Assembly (NCBI GenBank): GCA_036230225.1
Contig: JAZAJX010000054.1
Span: 340-64,339 of the forward strand
DNA from: Pseudomonadota bacterium
Lineage (GTDB): Bacteria; Pseudomonadota; Gammaproteobacteria; Pseudomonadales; Alcanivoracaceae
Reading direction: 5' to 3'
Length of the DNA stretch: 64,000 nucleotides
The notes beneath the pieces are model-generated. The model saw only the letters and a list, made by a program, of their open reading frames with translations. It ran no database searches and was not told the origin of the DNA. Of this stretch, positions 8,504 through 17,859 are shown in pieces (position 1 is the first letter of the stretch; each line of letters begins with the position of its first letter). A program made the position numbers and the translations under genes.

Positions 8504-9739
8504 CTACACCACCAGCCATTGCCCCAGCCCCACCACGGCCACAAAGCCCACACTGTAGGCCACCAGCAGGTAAAGGAAATAACGCAGGTAGCTGACAAAG
8601 GTGAGCGCCTGCACCTTGCTCATGGCGATCACCCCGGCCGCGGAGCCGATCACCAGCAGGGCGCCGCCCACTCCGACGGCATAGGTCAGGGACAGCCATT
8701 CGGGCAGCGTCATGTTGATGCCGGAATTGAGCAGGGCGGCGGTCAGGGGCACGTTATCGAACAGGGCGGAGGCCATACCCACCAGGAAGTTGGCGGCCAT
8801 GGGCGGCATCACCTCATACAGGGCCGGGAAGTAGGCCAGCATGCCCAGCTCCTTGAGCATCCCCACCAGCAGCAGTACGCCCAGGAAGAACAGCAGGGTG
8901 TCGAACTCGATCTTGCGGATGTATTCCAGCACCGGTTCGTCCTTGTTGAGGAACTGCACCACCAGAAACATCAGCGATAGCCCGAACAGAAAGCACAGCA
9001 CCGGCGGAATGCCGAAGGCCACATTGGCGGCAATGGTGCCGAGGATGGTGGCAAAGAACAGCACGGCGATAACCTTGTCGCCCCGATCGATGGCACTGAC
9101 CTGTTTCTGGATATGCACCTCGCCACTGAGCCCCAGTGACAGCATGCCGGCCAGCACGGCCACGGCACCGGCCGCCGGCAGGCTGAGGAGTAGCAGGTCG
9201 GGGATTTCCACCTTGTCGGCGAGGAAGATCATCAGGGTGGTCACATCACCGGTGATCAGGGCCGTGCCACCGGCGTTCACCGAAAACACCACCAGCACCA
9301 CGTAGCGCAGCAACTTTTCCGGCGGCAGTTTCAGGTTCATCAGCACCGCGATGCAGACCAGGGTGGCGGTGATGTTGTCGGCCAGAGAGGAGAACAGGAA
9401 GGCAAACAGGCCGGTAAGCAACATCAGCTTGCGTTCGCTGATGCGGGTAGGCAGCAGGCGGTTGACGATGCTGTCGATGATGCCCTTGCCGGACAGGTAG
9501 GCCACGAACGTCATGGCAGCCATCAGAAACAGCCACAGGGTGGCGATATCCAGCAGGTTTTCGTCCAGCCTTTCCATCAGCACTTCATGGCTCAGATGGG
9601 CTGGCGGGGCGATGAAAAACAGCAGCCAGGCCAGGGAACCGAAGAACAGGGTCGTCTTGGCCTTGTCGATATGGACCATGTCTTCGACGACGATGGACAG
9701 AAAACCCAGGGCAACCAGTATCAATAGAACGGTGGTCAT
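8504..9739 (-). CDS. nhaD: Na+/H+ antiporter, NhaD family
   Basis: DKAKTTLFFG, DNITATL, GDVTTLMI, DNVPL and IGSAAG motifs. Confidence 0.85.
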   Translation of the reverse strand: MTTVLLILVALGFLSIVVEDMVHIDKAKTTLFFGSLAWLLFFIAPPAHLSHEVLMERLDENLLDIATLWLFLMAAMTFVAYLSGKGIIDSIVNRLLPTRISERKLMLLTGLFAFLFSSLADNITATLVCIAVLMNLKLPPEKLLRYVVLVVFSVNAGGTALITGDVTTLMIFLADKVEIPDLLLLSLPAAGAVAVLAGMLSLGLSGEVHIQKQVSAIDRGDKVIAVLFFATILGTIAANVAFGIPPVLCFLFGLSLMFLVVQFLNKDEPVLEYIRKIEFDTLLFFLGVLLLVGMLKELGMLAYFPALYEVMPPMAANFLVGMASALFDNVPLTAALLNSGINMTLPEWLSLTYAVGVGGALLVIGSAAGVIAMSKVQALTFVSYLRYFLYLLVAYSVGFVAVVGLGQWLVV

Positions 9740-9899
9740 GGCGGGGTGGTCTCCCGGCAGGCGATGAGGGGCGGCGGTATTCTAGGCACTTTATGAATTT
9801 GGTTCATCAGAAAATTGCCTTGTTCTTCACGTTAAACCCGTTCCCGGGCGAGAAAAAAAGGGCGGGAAGGCGGATTTTTTGCGCTTTCCCCTTTAAAAT

Positions 9900-9918
9900 A
9901 ATGAGAATAATTCGCATT
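9900..9918. promoter_or_regulatory. Fur box
   Basis: AATGAGAATAATTCGCATT, a near-palindromic Fur consensus upstream of the imelysin operon. Confidence 0.85.
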
Positions 9919-9995
9919 ATGGCGCTTTGATATTTTGGTGCCGGCTATTACCGGTACCGGCTTGTTTGCTGTCACACAATCGATCGAGGAATCCC

Positions 9996-11276
9996 ATGCT
10001 GTCCCGCGCTTCCATCGGGGGCCTGTTGCTGGCCTCCCTGCTGCTCTCCGCCTGTGGTGAAGAACCCGCTGCCACCGCGCCGCCGGCCTACGATGAGTCC
10101 CAGGCTCGTCAGGTCATCGATCACTATGCCGAGCTGGCTCTGGCCACCTACGGGGACGCGCTCACCGAGGCGCGAGAATTACGGACCCGCATTGATGCCT
10201 TGCTGGCCGATCCCGGCGAGCAGACGCTGGCAGCGGCCCGCCAGGCCTGGCGCGATGCCCGCGTGCCCTACATGCAGACCGAGGTATTTCGTTTCGGCAA
10301 TGCGGTGGTGGACGAATGGGAAGGGCAGGTCAATGCCTGGCCTCTGGATGAAGGCCTGATCGACTATGTGGATGACAACTACCAGGCGGTGATGGGTAAC
10401 CCGGGGGCCCGTGCCAACATTATCGCCAGCCAGTCCCTGAAGATTGGTGAGCAGCAGCTGGATCTGAGCGAACTGGACGCGGACCTGCTGGCCAGCCTCA
10501 ATGAGCTGGGCGGCTCCGAAGTGAATGTGGCCACCGGCTACCACGCTATCGAGTTCCTGCTCTGGGGCCAGGATCTCAATGGTACCGATGCCGGCGCCGG
10601 CCAGCGTCCGGCCACGGATTTTGCCACCGACGACTCTGCCACCGGGGGTCATAATGACCGTCGCCGTGAATACCTGACGGTGGTCACGGACCTGTTGATT
10701 CGCGATCTGGAAGCCATGGTGGCGGAATGGCAGCCGGGCCAGGATAACTACCGGGCGGAGCTGGCGGCGGACAGCGTGGAGAATGGCCTGCGCAAGATGC
10801 TGTTCGGCATGGGCAGCCTGTCTCTGGGGGAACTGGCCGGGGAGCGCATGAAGGTGGCGCTGGCGGCCCACTCCCCGGAAGACGAGCATGACTGTTTCAG
10901 TGATAACACCCATGCCTCGCATTACTACAATGGCAAGGGTATCGAGAATATCTATCTGGGCGAGTACCAGCGTGTCGACGGCGAGACCCTGCAAGGGCCG
11001 TCGCTCAGCGATCTGGTCGCCGCCAACGATGCGTCGCTGGACAGCGCGCTGAAGGCGGACCTGGACGCCAGCGAACAGGCCCTGCAGGCCCTGGTGGACA
11101 GCGCCAATCAGGGCGTCTATTTCGACCAGTTGATTGCCCCCGGCAATGCGGAGGGGGCGGCCACCATTAATACCGCCATCGACGCCCTGGTGGCGCAGAC
11201 CACCCGTATCGAGCAGGCGGCGCTGGTGCTGGATATCCAGGCCCTGAACCCGGATACGGCCAACCACAGTTTCTGA
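9996..11276 (+). CDS. Imelysin family iron-regulated lipoprotein (IrpA/IcmP-like)
   Basis: Lipobox LSAC; NAWPLDEGLIDY, TGYHAIEFLLWGQD and EDEHDCFSDNT motifs. Confidence 0.92.
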   Translation: MLSRASIGGLLLASLLLSACGEEPAATAPPAYDESQARQVIDHYAELALATYGDALTEARELRTRIDALLADPGEQTLAAARQAWRDARVPYMQTEVFRFGNAVVDEWEGQVNAWPLDEGLIDYVDDNYQAVMGNPGARANIIASQSLKIGEQQLDLSELDADLLASLNELGGSEVNVATGYHAIEFLLWGQDLNGTDAGAGQRPATDFATDDSATGGHNDRRREYLTVVTDLLIRDLEAMVAEWQPGQDNYRAELAADSVENGLRKMLFGMGSLSLGELAGERMKVALAAHSPEDEHDCFSDNTHASHYYNGKGIENIYLGEYQRVDGETLQGPSLSDLVAANDASLDSALKADLDASEQALQALVDSANQGVYFDQLIAPGNAEGAATINTAIDALVAQTTRIEQAALVLDIQALNPDTANHSF

Positions 11277-11355
11277 GGACGAGGTCTGTCAGAACAGAGA
11301 ACAGGGCGCCGCCTTTGTGCGGCGTCAGCACGTTGAGTTCATGCCCAAAGAGACG

Positions 11356-12765
11356 ATGATGTTCCGACCCCTGCAATGCTTTCTGCCTGCCCTGACGGCG
11401 CTGCTGGTCGCCTGTGACAGTGGCCCGGATTTCAGCCAGGCAGAGCCCGGTGAGCACCTGTCCGCCGGTGATGCGACCGTGACCAAGACCGACCAGAATG
11501 CGTTTTCTCTGCCGCTGGCCAACCTGTCGCCCTCCCGGCGCCTGGATTTCAGTGTCGGTAACAGCTTCTTTCGCAACCCCTGGGTGATCGGCCCGGCGTC
11601 CACGGATGCCCGTGATGGTCTGGGGCCTCTTTTCAACACCAATGCCTGCCAGAATTGCCACATCAAGGATGGCCGTGGCCATCCGCCGGCAGCGGACGCC
11701 AAACAGGCGGTGTCCATGCTGGTGCGGCTGTCGGTACCGGCCAGTGAAACCGATGACCTGACCCGCAGTGGCCTGGTGCCCGAGCCTAACTACGGTGGCC
11801 AATTCCAGGACGCGGCCATCCCGGGGGTCGAACCGGAAGGGCGGGTGCGGGTGAGCTATGAACCGGTCACTCTGACCTTTGCCGATGGCCACCAGGTGAC
11901 GCTGCGCAAACCGCGTCTGGAGTTCTCCGATCTGGCCTATGGAGAGATGCATCCGGCCACCCTGTTTTCCGCCCGGGTGGCGCCACCGATGATTGGCCTG
12001 GGGTTGCTGGAAGCGATTCCGGAAGCAGACCTGCTGGCCCATGCGGACCCCAACGATGACGACGGTGACGGCATCAGTGGTCGCGCCAATCGGGTCTGGG
12101 ACTCGGCGAATAATACCACGGCCATGGGTCGGTTTGGCTGGAAAGCCGGCCAGCCGGGGGTGTTGCAGCAAAGTGCCGGGGCGTTTGCCAACGACATGGG
12201 CTTGAACAGCCATCTGGTGCCCACGGACTCCTGCGCGCCCAGTCAGACGGCTTGTCTGGCCATGCCCAATGGCGGTGAGGTGGAGGTGAGCGACAGCGTG
12301 CTAAACAGCGTGGTGTTCTATTCACGCACCCTGGCGGTGCCGGCTCGTCGCAATGTGGAGGATCCCCAGGTGCTTAAGGGCAAGGCTCTGTTCCATGAGG
12401 CCAACTGCCAGGGCTGCCATATACCCAAATTCACCACCGGCGCCCAGGCGCCGGAGCCGGAGTTGGCCAACCAGACCATTCGTCCCTACACCGATCTGTT
12501 GCTCCATGACATGGGGCCGGGGCTGGCGGATGGCCGCCCGGAATTCCTGGCCAACGGTCAGGAGTGGCGTACCGCCCCGCTGTGGGGGATCGGCCTGACG
12601 GAAGCGGTGAACGGGCACACCCAGTTCCTGCACGATGGCCGCGCCCGTAACCTGATGGAAGCCGTGCTCTGGCATGGTGGAGAAGCGGCGGCGTCGCGGG
12701 ACAAGGTGCTGACATTCGATGCCGATCAGCGCGCCGCCTTGCTGGCATTCCTCAATTCCCTGTAA
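11356..12765 (+). CDS. Di-haem oxidoreductase family protein (DUF1111)
   Basis: Two CxxCH motifs (CQNCH, CQGCH); DGLGPLFN, GRFGWKA and LHDGRAR motifs; lipobox. Confidence 0.9.
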   Translation: MMFRPLQCFLPALTALLVACDSGPDFSQAEPGEHLSAGDATVTKTDQNAFSLPLANLSPSRRLDFSVGNSFFRNPWVIGPASTDARDGLGPLFNTNACQNCHIKDGRGHPPAADAKQAVSMLVRLSVPASETDDLTRSGLVPEPNYGGQFQDAAIPGVEPEGRVRVSYEPVTLTFADGHQVTLRKPRLEFSDLAYGEMHPATLFSARVAPPMIGLGLLEAIPEADLLAHADPNDDDGDGISGRANRVWDSANNTTAMGRFGWKAGQPGVLQQSAGAFANDMGLNSHLVPTDSCAPSQTACLAMPNGGEVEVSDSVLNSVVFYSRTLAVPARRNVEDPQVLKGKALFHEANCQGCHIPKFTTGAQAPEPELANQTIRPYTDLLLHDMGPGLADGRPEFLANGQEWRTAPLWGIGLTEAVNGHTQFLHDGRARNLMEAVLWHGGEAAASRDKVLTFDADQRAALLAFLNSL

Positions 12766-12777
12766 TCCGGAGGCATC

Positions 12778-13800
12778 ATGCGTTCCGTTGTTCTGCTGTT
12801 ATTGGTGGTGGCGCTGGGCGCTTGCAGCAACCCGCGCGAGGAGGTGGCGACCCAGCTGGCCAAGCAGGTGTTGCTGCCCGCCCACGAGCAGTGGCATGCC
12901 AGCAATACGGCGCTGCTCGACACCAGCCGTGCCTGGTGCGCCGACGATCAGGGGCTGGAGGGGTTGAAGCAGGCATTCCATGAGACCCAGACGGCCTGGT
13001 CCCGGCTGCAGCCGTTGATGGTGGGGCCGCTCGCCGAGGGCAATCGCAGCTGGCAGGTCCAGTTCTGGCCGGACAAGCGCAACATGGTGGCACGCCAGAC
13101 CGAGGCACTGCTGGAGGAATTCCCTGAACTCGACCAGCAGCAACTGGATGGCGCCAGTGTGGTGGTGCAGGGGCTGACGGCCTTTGAGTATGTGGTCTTT
13201 GACCAGGCCACTGACGTGGCAGCGAATGCGTCGCGCTATTGTCCATTGCTGATCGGTATTGCCCGTCACCAGCAAGCCTTGTCGGACGCCGTGCTGGGGG
13301 AGTGGCAACAACCTGATGGCATGCTGGCGCAGCTTTCCGATTTTCCCAATCAACGCTATGCCAGTGCTGATGATGCTCTGGGGGGCATCCTGCGGGTACA
13401 GATCACCGGTGTGGATACTCTCAAGAAAAAGCTGGGTACGCCCATGGGGCGGCTCAACCGTGGGGTGCCCCAGCCGTACCAGGCGGAAGCCTGGCGCAGC
13501 CGCCATTCCACGGACAACCTGATTGCCTCTCTGGAAGGGGCGCAGGCGGTGTGGGAACGAGTCCGCTCCCTGGTGGGTGATGCCAGTCTGGTGAGCCGGA
13601 TTGATGCGGCCTACAAGCGGGTGCGGGACCAGTTGAAGGCATTGCCCGAGCCGTTGATGGCGCTGGTGCAGGACCCGGACAGCCAGCCACGACTGGAGGC
13701 GTTGTATGAGGAACTGGATGCCCTGGAAACGCTGCAACAGACCGAGCTGGCCCAGCATCTGGGTATCCAGATCGGGTTCAACGCCAACGACGGCGATTGA
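12778..13800 (+). CDS. Second imelysin-like lipoprotein
   Basis: QFWPDKRN, QGL.A.EY and C-terminal GFNANDGD motifs. Confidence 0.88.
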   Translation: MRSVVLLLLVVALGACSNPREEVATQLAKQVLLPAHEQWHASNTALLDTSRAWCADDQGLEGLKQAFHETQTAWSRLQPLMVGPLAEGNRSWQVQFWPDKRNMVARQTEALLEEFPELDQQQLDGASVVVQGLTAFEYVVFDQATDVAANASRYCPLLIGIARHQQALSDAVLGEWQQPDGMLAQLSDFPNQRYASADDALGGILRVQITGVDTLKKKLGTPMGRLNRGVPQPYQAEAWRSRHSTDNLIASLEGAQAVWERVRSLVGDASLVSRIDAAYKRVRDQLKALPEPLMALVQDPDSQPRLEALYEELDALETLQQTELAQHLGIQIGFNANDGD

Positions 13801-13810
13801 AGGCAGTAGC

Positions 13811-13840
13811 GAGTTGAAAGTTCAAAGTTGCAAGGCGCGG
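13811..13840 (+). repeat. Heptad-repeat arm (single)
   Basis: GAGTTGAAAGTTCAAAGTTGCAAGGCGCGG, right after a stop codon. Confidence 0.8.
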
Positions 13841-13964
13841 CATGGACGCTTTCATCGTTAAAGGTCTTACCCGCGATTCACTACCAAGCCGCACGGAACT
13901 ACGTGCGTGACTCCGCTACGCTCCCTTCCTGCAGTAGCGGTGATCGGTTTTGTGGAAGTCCACT

Positions 13965-15074
13965 ATGTCACTGACACGACGACAATTACTGGGGGCCGGT
14001 GCGGCGCTAGCCGGCACTGCCGCCCTCGGCGGCTGGACGGTCTGGTCCGGGCGAGGCCAATCGCCGCTGCTGCTTTCGGCTCGCAATGACAGCGCCGGCA
14101 AGCATTATGCGGTGGGCTATCATCTGGCGGGGCGTCGCGCCTTTGCCACGCCAGTGACAGAGCGCTGTCACGATGTCTGTCGTCACCCCTTTCTGCCCCT
14201 GGCGCTGTATGTCGGGCGTCGCCCGTCCCGGGAAAGTTATCTGGTGGACCTGCGCGACGGAACCTTGCTGCAGACCCTGGTGAGTGAGCCGGATCGCCAT
14301 TTTTACGGCCATGCGGTCTTCCATGGTAGCGGTGAGTGGCTCTACACCACGGAAAATGACACCACCGACCCGGGACGTGGGGTGCTGGGCCGTTACCGGC
14401 TGGACCCGCAACACCGGCAACTGGTGCATGCCGGTGAGGCATCCACGCACGGGGTGGGACCCCACCAGCTGGCCTGGCTGCCAGATGGGGAGTCGCTGGT
14501 GATCGGTAACGGGGGCATCCGCACCGAAGGCGGCAGCCGCAAGGAGATGAATCTGGACGCCATGGCGCCGAGCCTGGTGATCATGGACCGTCACGGTGCG
14601 CTCATCAGCAAGGAAACCCTGCCGCAATCACAGAACAGCATTCGCCATCTGGCGGTGGCGGCGGATGGCACCGTGATTACCGGGCAGCAATACCATGGCC
14701 CTGCCTGGGACAGTGTGCCGCTGTTGGCCATCAAGCGTCCCGGTCAGCCCTACCAGCCGTTCCCGGTGAGCAACCATCAGCTGGCAATGATGAACCAGTA
14801 CACCGCCAGCATTGCCATCCACAGCGAGAAACGATTGGTGGCCATGACAGCCCCGCGCGGCAACCGTTTCTTCATCTGGGATCTGGACAGCGCCGCCACC
14901 GTGGTAGATACCCCGATGTCAGACTGTGCCGGTGTGGGCGCGGTGCCTGAGGGGTTTGCGGTGACGTCAGGACAAGGAAAATGCCGTTTCTTCGACTGCT
15001 CTGGCAGTGCCGTGAAAAGCCAGTGGTTGGCACTGCCTGACGGCGGGTGGGATAACCACCTCGGGTTGGGGTGA
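13965..15074 (+). CDS. DUF1513 beta-propeller protein, Tat-exported
   Basis: TRRQLL twin-arginine signal; RHFYGH, LYTTEND, GPHQ and WDNH motifs. Confidence 0.9.
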   Translation: MSLTRRQLLGAGAALAGTAALGGWTVWSGRGQSPLLLSARNDSAGKHYAVGYHLAGRRAFATPVTERCHDVCRHPFLPLALYVGRRPSRESYLVDLRDGTLLQTLVSEPDRHFYGHAVFHGSGEWLYTTENDTTDPGRGVLGRYRLDPQHRQLVHAGEASTHGVGPHQLAWLPDGESLVIGNGGIRTEGGSRKEMNLDAMAPSLVIMDRHGALISKETLPQSQNSIRHLAVAADGTVITGQQYHGPAWDSVPLLAIKRPGQPYQPFPVSNHQLAMMNQYTASIAIHSEKRLVAMTAPRGNRFFIWDLDSAATVVDTPMSDCAGVGAVPEGFAVTSGQGKCRFFDCSGSAVKSQWLALPDGGWDNHLGLG

Positions 15075-15115
15075 ACGGTTTTTTCAGTCGGAGAGAGCCT
15101 GGCGCTGGGGAAAAT

Positions 15116-15196
15116 CTCCGCTTTGCGAGCAACGCTCCAACAACGGGTTTATGACCCGCCTCAGGGGCCCGTTGGAGCCTCGCTCGCAAGGCGGAG
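15116..15196. repeat. REP-like inverted pair
   Basis: CTCCGCTTTGCGAGCAACGCTCCAAC (15116-15141) pairs with GTTGGAGCCTCGCTCGCAAGGCGGAG (15171-15196), between convergent genes. Confidence 0.7.
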
Positions 15197-15210
15197 GCGT
15201 TAGGCGTCTA

Positions 15211-15603
15211 TCAATCGTGCCAGTTGGACACCTTGCCGGAGCAGACCCAGTCCTTGGAGCCTTTTTCCACCCCGATCCAGTTATAGCTGTAGCGGCCGTT
15301 GGCATTGCCGGTGGACCAGCTTTTGGTGTTGCCCGCGGAAATTCCGGAGGCGCCACAATCTTCCGAACCGTTGTTGCGTTCGTTGCAGAAGCGCGCATAA
15401 ATCCGGTTGTTGCAGGTATTACGATAAATCACGGTGAAGCGTCCCTCGGTGTACTGACTCCATTTGGTGTCGTGCACCACCATGCAGGGACCGCCACGGC
15501 TGTTGCGCCCGTCCCAGCAGGTATCGTCATCAAGACTTGAGTAGTAATCGGCAGCCGTAAATGGTGAGGCCAACAGGGCGGCAATGCCAATGGTCCATTT
15601 CAT
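15211..15603 (-). CDS. Small secreted Cys-rich hypothetical protein
   Basis: Signal peptide, 6 Cys, AAGGGGAAG RBS. Confidence 0.75.
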   Translation of the reverse strand: MKWTIGIAALLASPFTAADYYSSLDDDTCWDGRNSRGGPCMVVHDTKWSQYTEGRFTVIYRNTCNNRIYARFCNERNNGSEDCGASGISAGNTKSWSTGNANGRYSYNWIGVEKGSKDWVCSGKVSNWHD

Positions 15604-15709
15604 GATCTTCCCCTTTTCCGGTTTGTCGTTCCGTCAATCGTGAACCACAACCATTGTAGGAAGCTGGCAAGAAAGGGCTTCCCCCAAATGGGGTAAGGTT
15701 TGCGGATCG

Positions 15710-16138
15710 TTATGCCGAGGTGTCGGGGGCGTGGTCCGTCAGGCATTCCCGATGATCCCCCAGTACTTCAATAACCCGGCACTCACCGGCGTGGCCCTGT
15801 GCACATTCCTCGATCATGCGATCCAGCTCGTCGCGCAGGGCGGTTAGTGAACGGATACGGGCCTCCACGGCCGCGCGATGCCGGCGAGCAATGCTGTCGG
15901 CGTGGCCATGCTGTTCGCTGAGAGCAAGCAGTTCGCGGATGTCATCCAGGGTGAAACCCAGCTCGCGACTGTGGCGAATAAACTGCAGGCGTTCCCGATG
16001 CCTGCGGTGATAACGGCGTTGTCCGCCCTCGCTGCGGGCGGGCTCCGGCATCAGGCCGATCTTTTCGTAGTAACGGATGGTCTCCACCTTGCAGCCGGTG
16101 TCCCGGCTCAGGGTGCCGATGGAAAAAAGCGCGCTCAT
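15710..16138 (-). CDS. MerR family heavy-metal-responsive regulator
   Basis: ETIRYYEKIGL HTH, RELGFTLDDIRELL and a C-x7-C C-terminal loop. Confidence 0.92.
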   Translation of the reverse strand: MSALFSIGTLSRDTGCKVETIRYYEKIGLMPEPARSEGGQRRYHRRHRERLQFIRHSRELGFTLDDIRELLALSEQHGHADSIARRHRAAVEARIRSLTALRDELDRMIEECAQGHAGECRVIEVLGDHRECLTDHAPDTSA

Positions 16139-16152
16139 GGGGCCTCCGGGGC

Positions 16153-16183
16153 TTGAACCTGTAGTCACTATAGCTTTTTAAAT
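16153..16183 (+). promoter_or_regulatory. MerR-type promoter/operator
   Basis: TTGAAC, 19-bp spacer containing the dyad CTGTAGT-C-ACTATAG, then TTAAAT. Resembles CadR/PbrR operators. Confidence 0.85.
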
Positions 16184-16217
16184 GGTGACATGACGGAACG
16201 GATTCAAGGAGAGCACC

Positions 16218-16559
16218 ATGCATAAACGGCAGAAGGTCGCCTTTACCGCTGCCATGGACGATGCACGTCGTGCCTATCGGCAGCAACGTTGGGGCGATGC
16301 GTTCGCGTCCCTGGAGCGGGCCCATGTGCTAGGCCAGACACGTGTCTGGCCTCATTGGCAAAGCCACTGGTGGATGCTGAAAGTGGGCTGGCGACGTGGC
16401 GATGGCCGTGAAGTCCGCGGCCAGCTGCTGCGATTGCCCGCTGCCCTGGTGTTGTCACGTGTGTGGGTACCACGGGGCAATACCGGTGGTGCCAATGTGG
16501 GGCCGTTGCGTCCCATGCCGATGCCTGATGCGCTGCGAGTGTTAATGGAGGTGGACTGA
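16218..16559 (+). CDS. DUF3703 family protein
   Basis: LERAHVLGQ, H..ML and P.GNTGGANV motifs. Confidence 0.88.
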   Translation: MHKRQKVAFTAAMDDARRAYRQQRWGDAFASLERAHVLGQTRVWPHWQSHWWMLKVGWRRGDGREVRGQLLRLPAALVLSRVWVPRGNTGGANVGPLRPMPMPDALRVLMEVD

Positions 16560-17167
16560 TGGGATGCTGTGATACCGATATACAGAGCACGCCGGCACCG
16601 GCCTATCGCCGGGTGTTGTGGGTGGTGCTGGCGATCAATGCGGTGATGTTCGTGGTCGAGGCCTCCTCCGGGGTGCTGGCGGATTCCCGGGCGTTACAGG
16701 CGGACGCGCTGGACTTCCTGGGGGATACAGCGACCTACGGTCTGACCCTGTGGGCGTTGGGGCAGTCACTGGCCTGGCGTCTGCGAGCGGCCCGAATCAA
16801 GGGAATCTCCCTGCTGATCATGGGGGGGCTGGTGCTGGGGAACAGTGTCTGGGCGTTGCTGCAGGGCAGCGCCCCCCAGGGGCAGATGATGGTCGGGATT
16901 GCGAGCCTGGCGCTGGTGGCCAATGTGGTCAGTGCCCTGCTGCTGATGCGTCATCGCCAGGGCGATGCGAATATCCGCTCCGTCTGGCTGTGTTCGCGTA
17001 ACGATGCGATTGCCAACCTGGCGGTGCTGGTCTCCGGGGCTCTGGTGGTCTGGCAGGGTAGCCGCTGGCCGGATCTGCTGGTCGCCCTGGCCATTGCCGG
17101 CCTGTTTACTCACAGTGCCCTGTCGATTCTGCGCCAGGCCAACCATGAGCAGGAGCCGGCGTCATGA
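16559..17167 (+). CDS. Cation diffusion facilitator (short CzcD-like, no C-terminal domain)
   Basis: S.ALQADALDFLGD and SVWLCSRNDAIAN motifs; N-terminal GCC. Confidence 0.9.
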   Translation: MGCCDTDIQSTPAPAYRRVLWVVLAINAVMFVVEASSGVLADSRALQADALDFLGDTATYGLTLWALGQSLAWRLRAARIKGISLLIMGGLVLGNSVWALLQGSAPQGQMMVGIASLALVANVVSALLLMRHRQGDANIRSVWLCSRNDAIANLAVLVSGALVVWQGSRWPDLLVALAIAGLFTHSALSILRQANHEQEPAS

Positions 17168-17610
17168 TGCGGCTGACATTTACCAGCACCCTGTCTGTGG
17201 AGCGGGCAACACTGTGGCAGGCGATCACCGCCATGGAAGGCATCAACGATGAAATGCGCCCCTGGTTGCGAATGGGCGTGCCGCCCGGCTATCCCGGCCT
17301 GGTGGACAGGCCGCTGACACCCGGGGAGCCGCTGTTCCGCTGCCGCTTGAAATGGTTTGGCGTTTTGCCGGTGGGCCATTCCGACCTGACCTTGCTCTCA
17401 CTGACGCCGCAGGAGGGGTTTGTGGAAGCCTCTCCCATGACCGGGATGCAAAGTTGGCGTCACGAAAGGCGCTTGGCGGTAAGTGCGCAGGGCTGTACGC
17501 TGCATGACATTCTGGAATTTGAACCGCGGGTGTTCCCGCGCGCCACACGTCTTCTGGTGGCGTTTTTCTTTCGCCACCGTCACCGCCGTTTGCGCCGCCG
17601 TTATTGTTGA
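17164..17610 (+). CDS. SRPBCC-like hypothetical protein
   Basis: GINDEMRPW and W.HERR motifs, C-terminal FRHRHRRL; 4-bp overlap with the CDF gene. Confidence 0.7.
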   Translation: MMRLTFTSTLSVERATLWQAITAMEGINDEMRPWLRMGVPPGYPGLVDRPLTPGEPLFRCRLKWFGVLPVGHSDLTLLSLTPQEGFVEASPMTGMQSWRHERRLAVSAQGCTLHDILEFEPRVFPRATRLLVAFFFRHRHRRLRRRYC

Positions 17611-17614
17611 GTCT

Positions 17615-17845
17615 ATGGATTTCAAACAGGAAGATCTGAAAGCCCTGATCGAGCGCACCATGCCGTTCGGCAAATACCAGGGGCGGGTATTGATCGATTT
17701 ACCGGAGCCCTACCTGCTCTGGTTTGCCGACCGGGGATTTCCGAACGGGGAACTGGGGCGGCTGATGGCATTGGCCTTGATGTTGAAAATGGACGGCACC
17801 GAAAAACTGCTGGAGCCGTTACGACAAAATCATGGAACACCGTGA
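17615..17845 (+). CDS. DUF3820 (YpeB-like) protein
   Basis: MPFGKYQGRVLIDLPEPYLLWF motif. Confidence 0.9.
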   Translation: MDFKQEDLKALIERTMPFGKYQGRVLIDLPEPYLLWFADRGFPNGELGRLMALALMLKMDGTEKLLEPLRQNHGTP

Positions 17846-17859
17846 TCTTGCTCTTTAGT

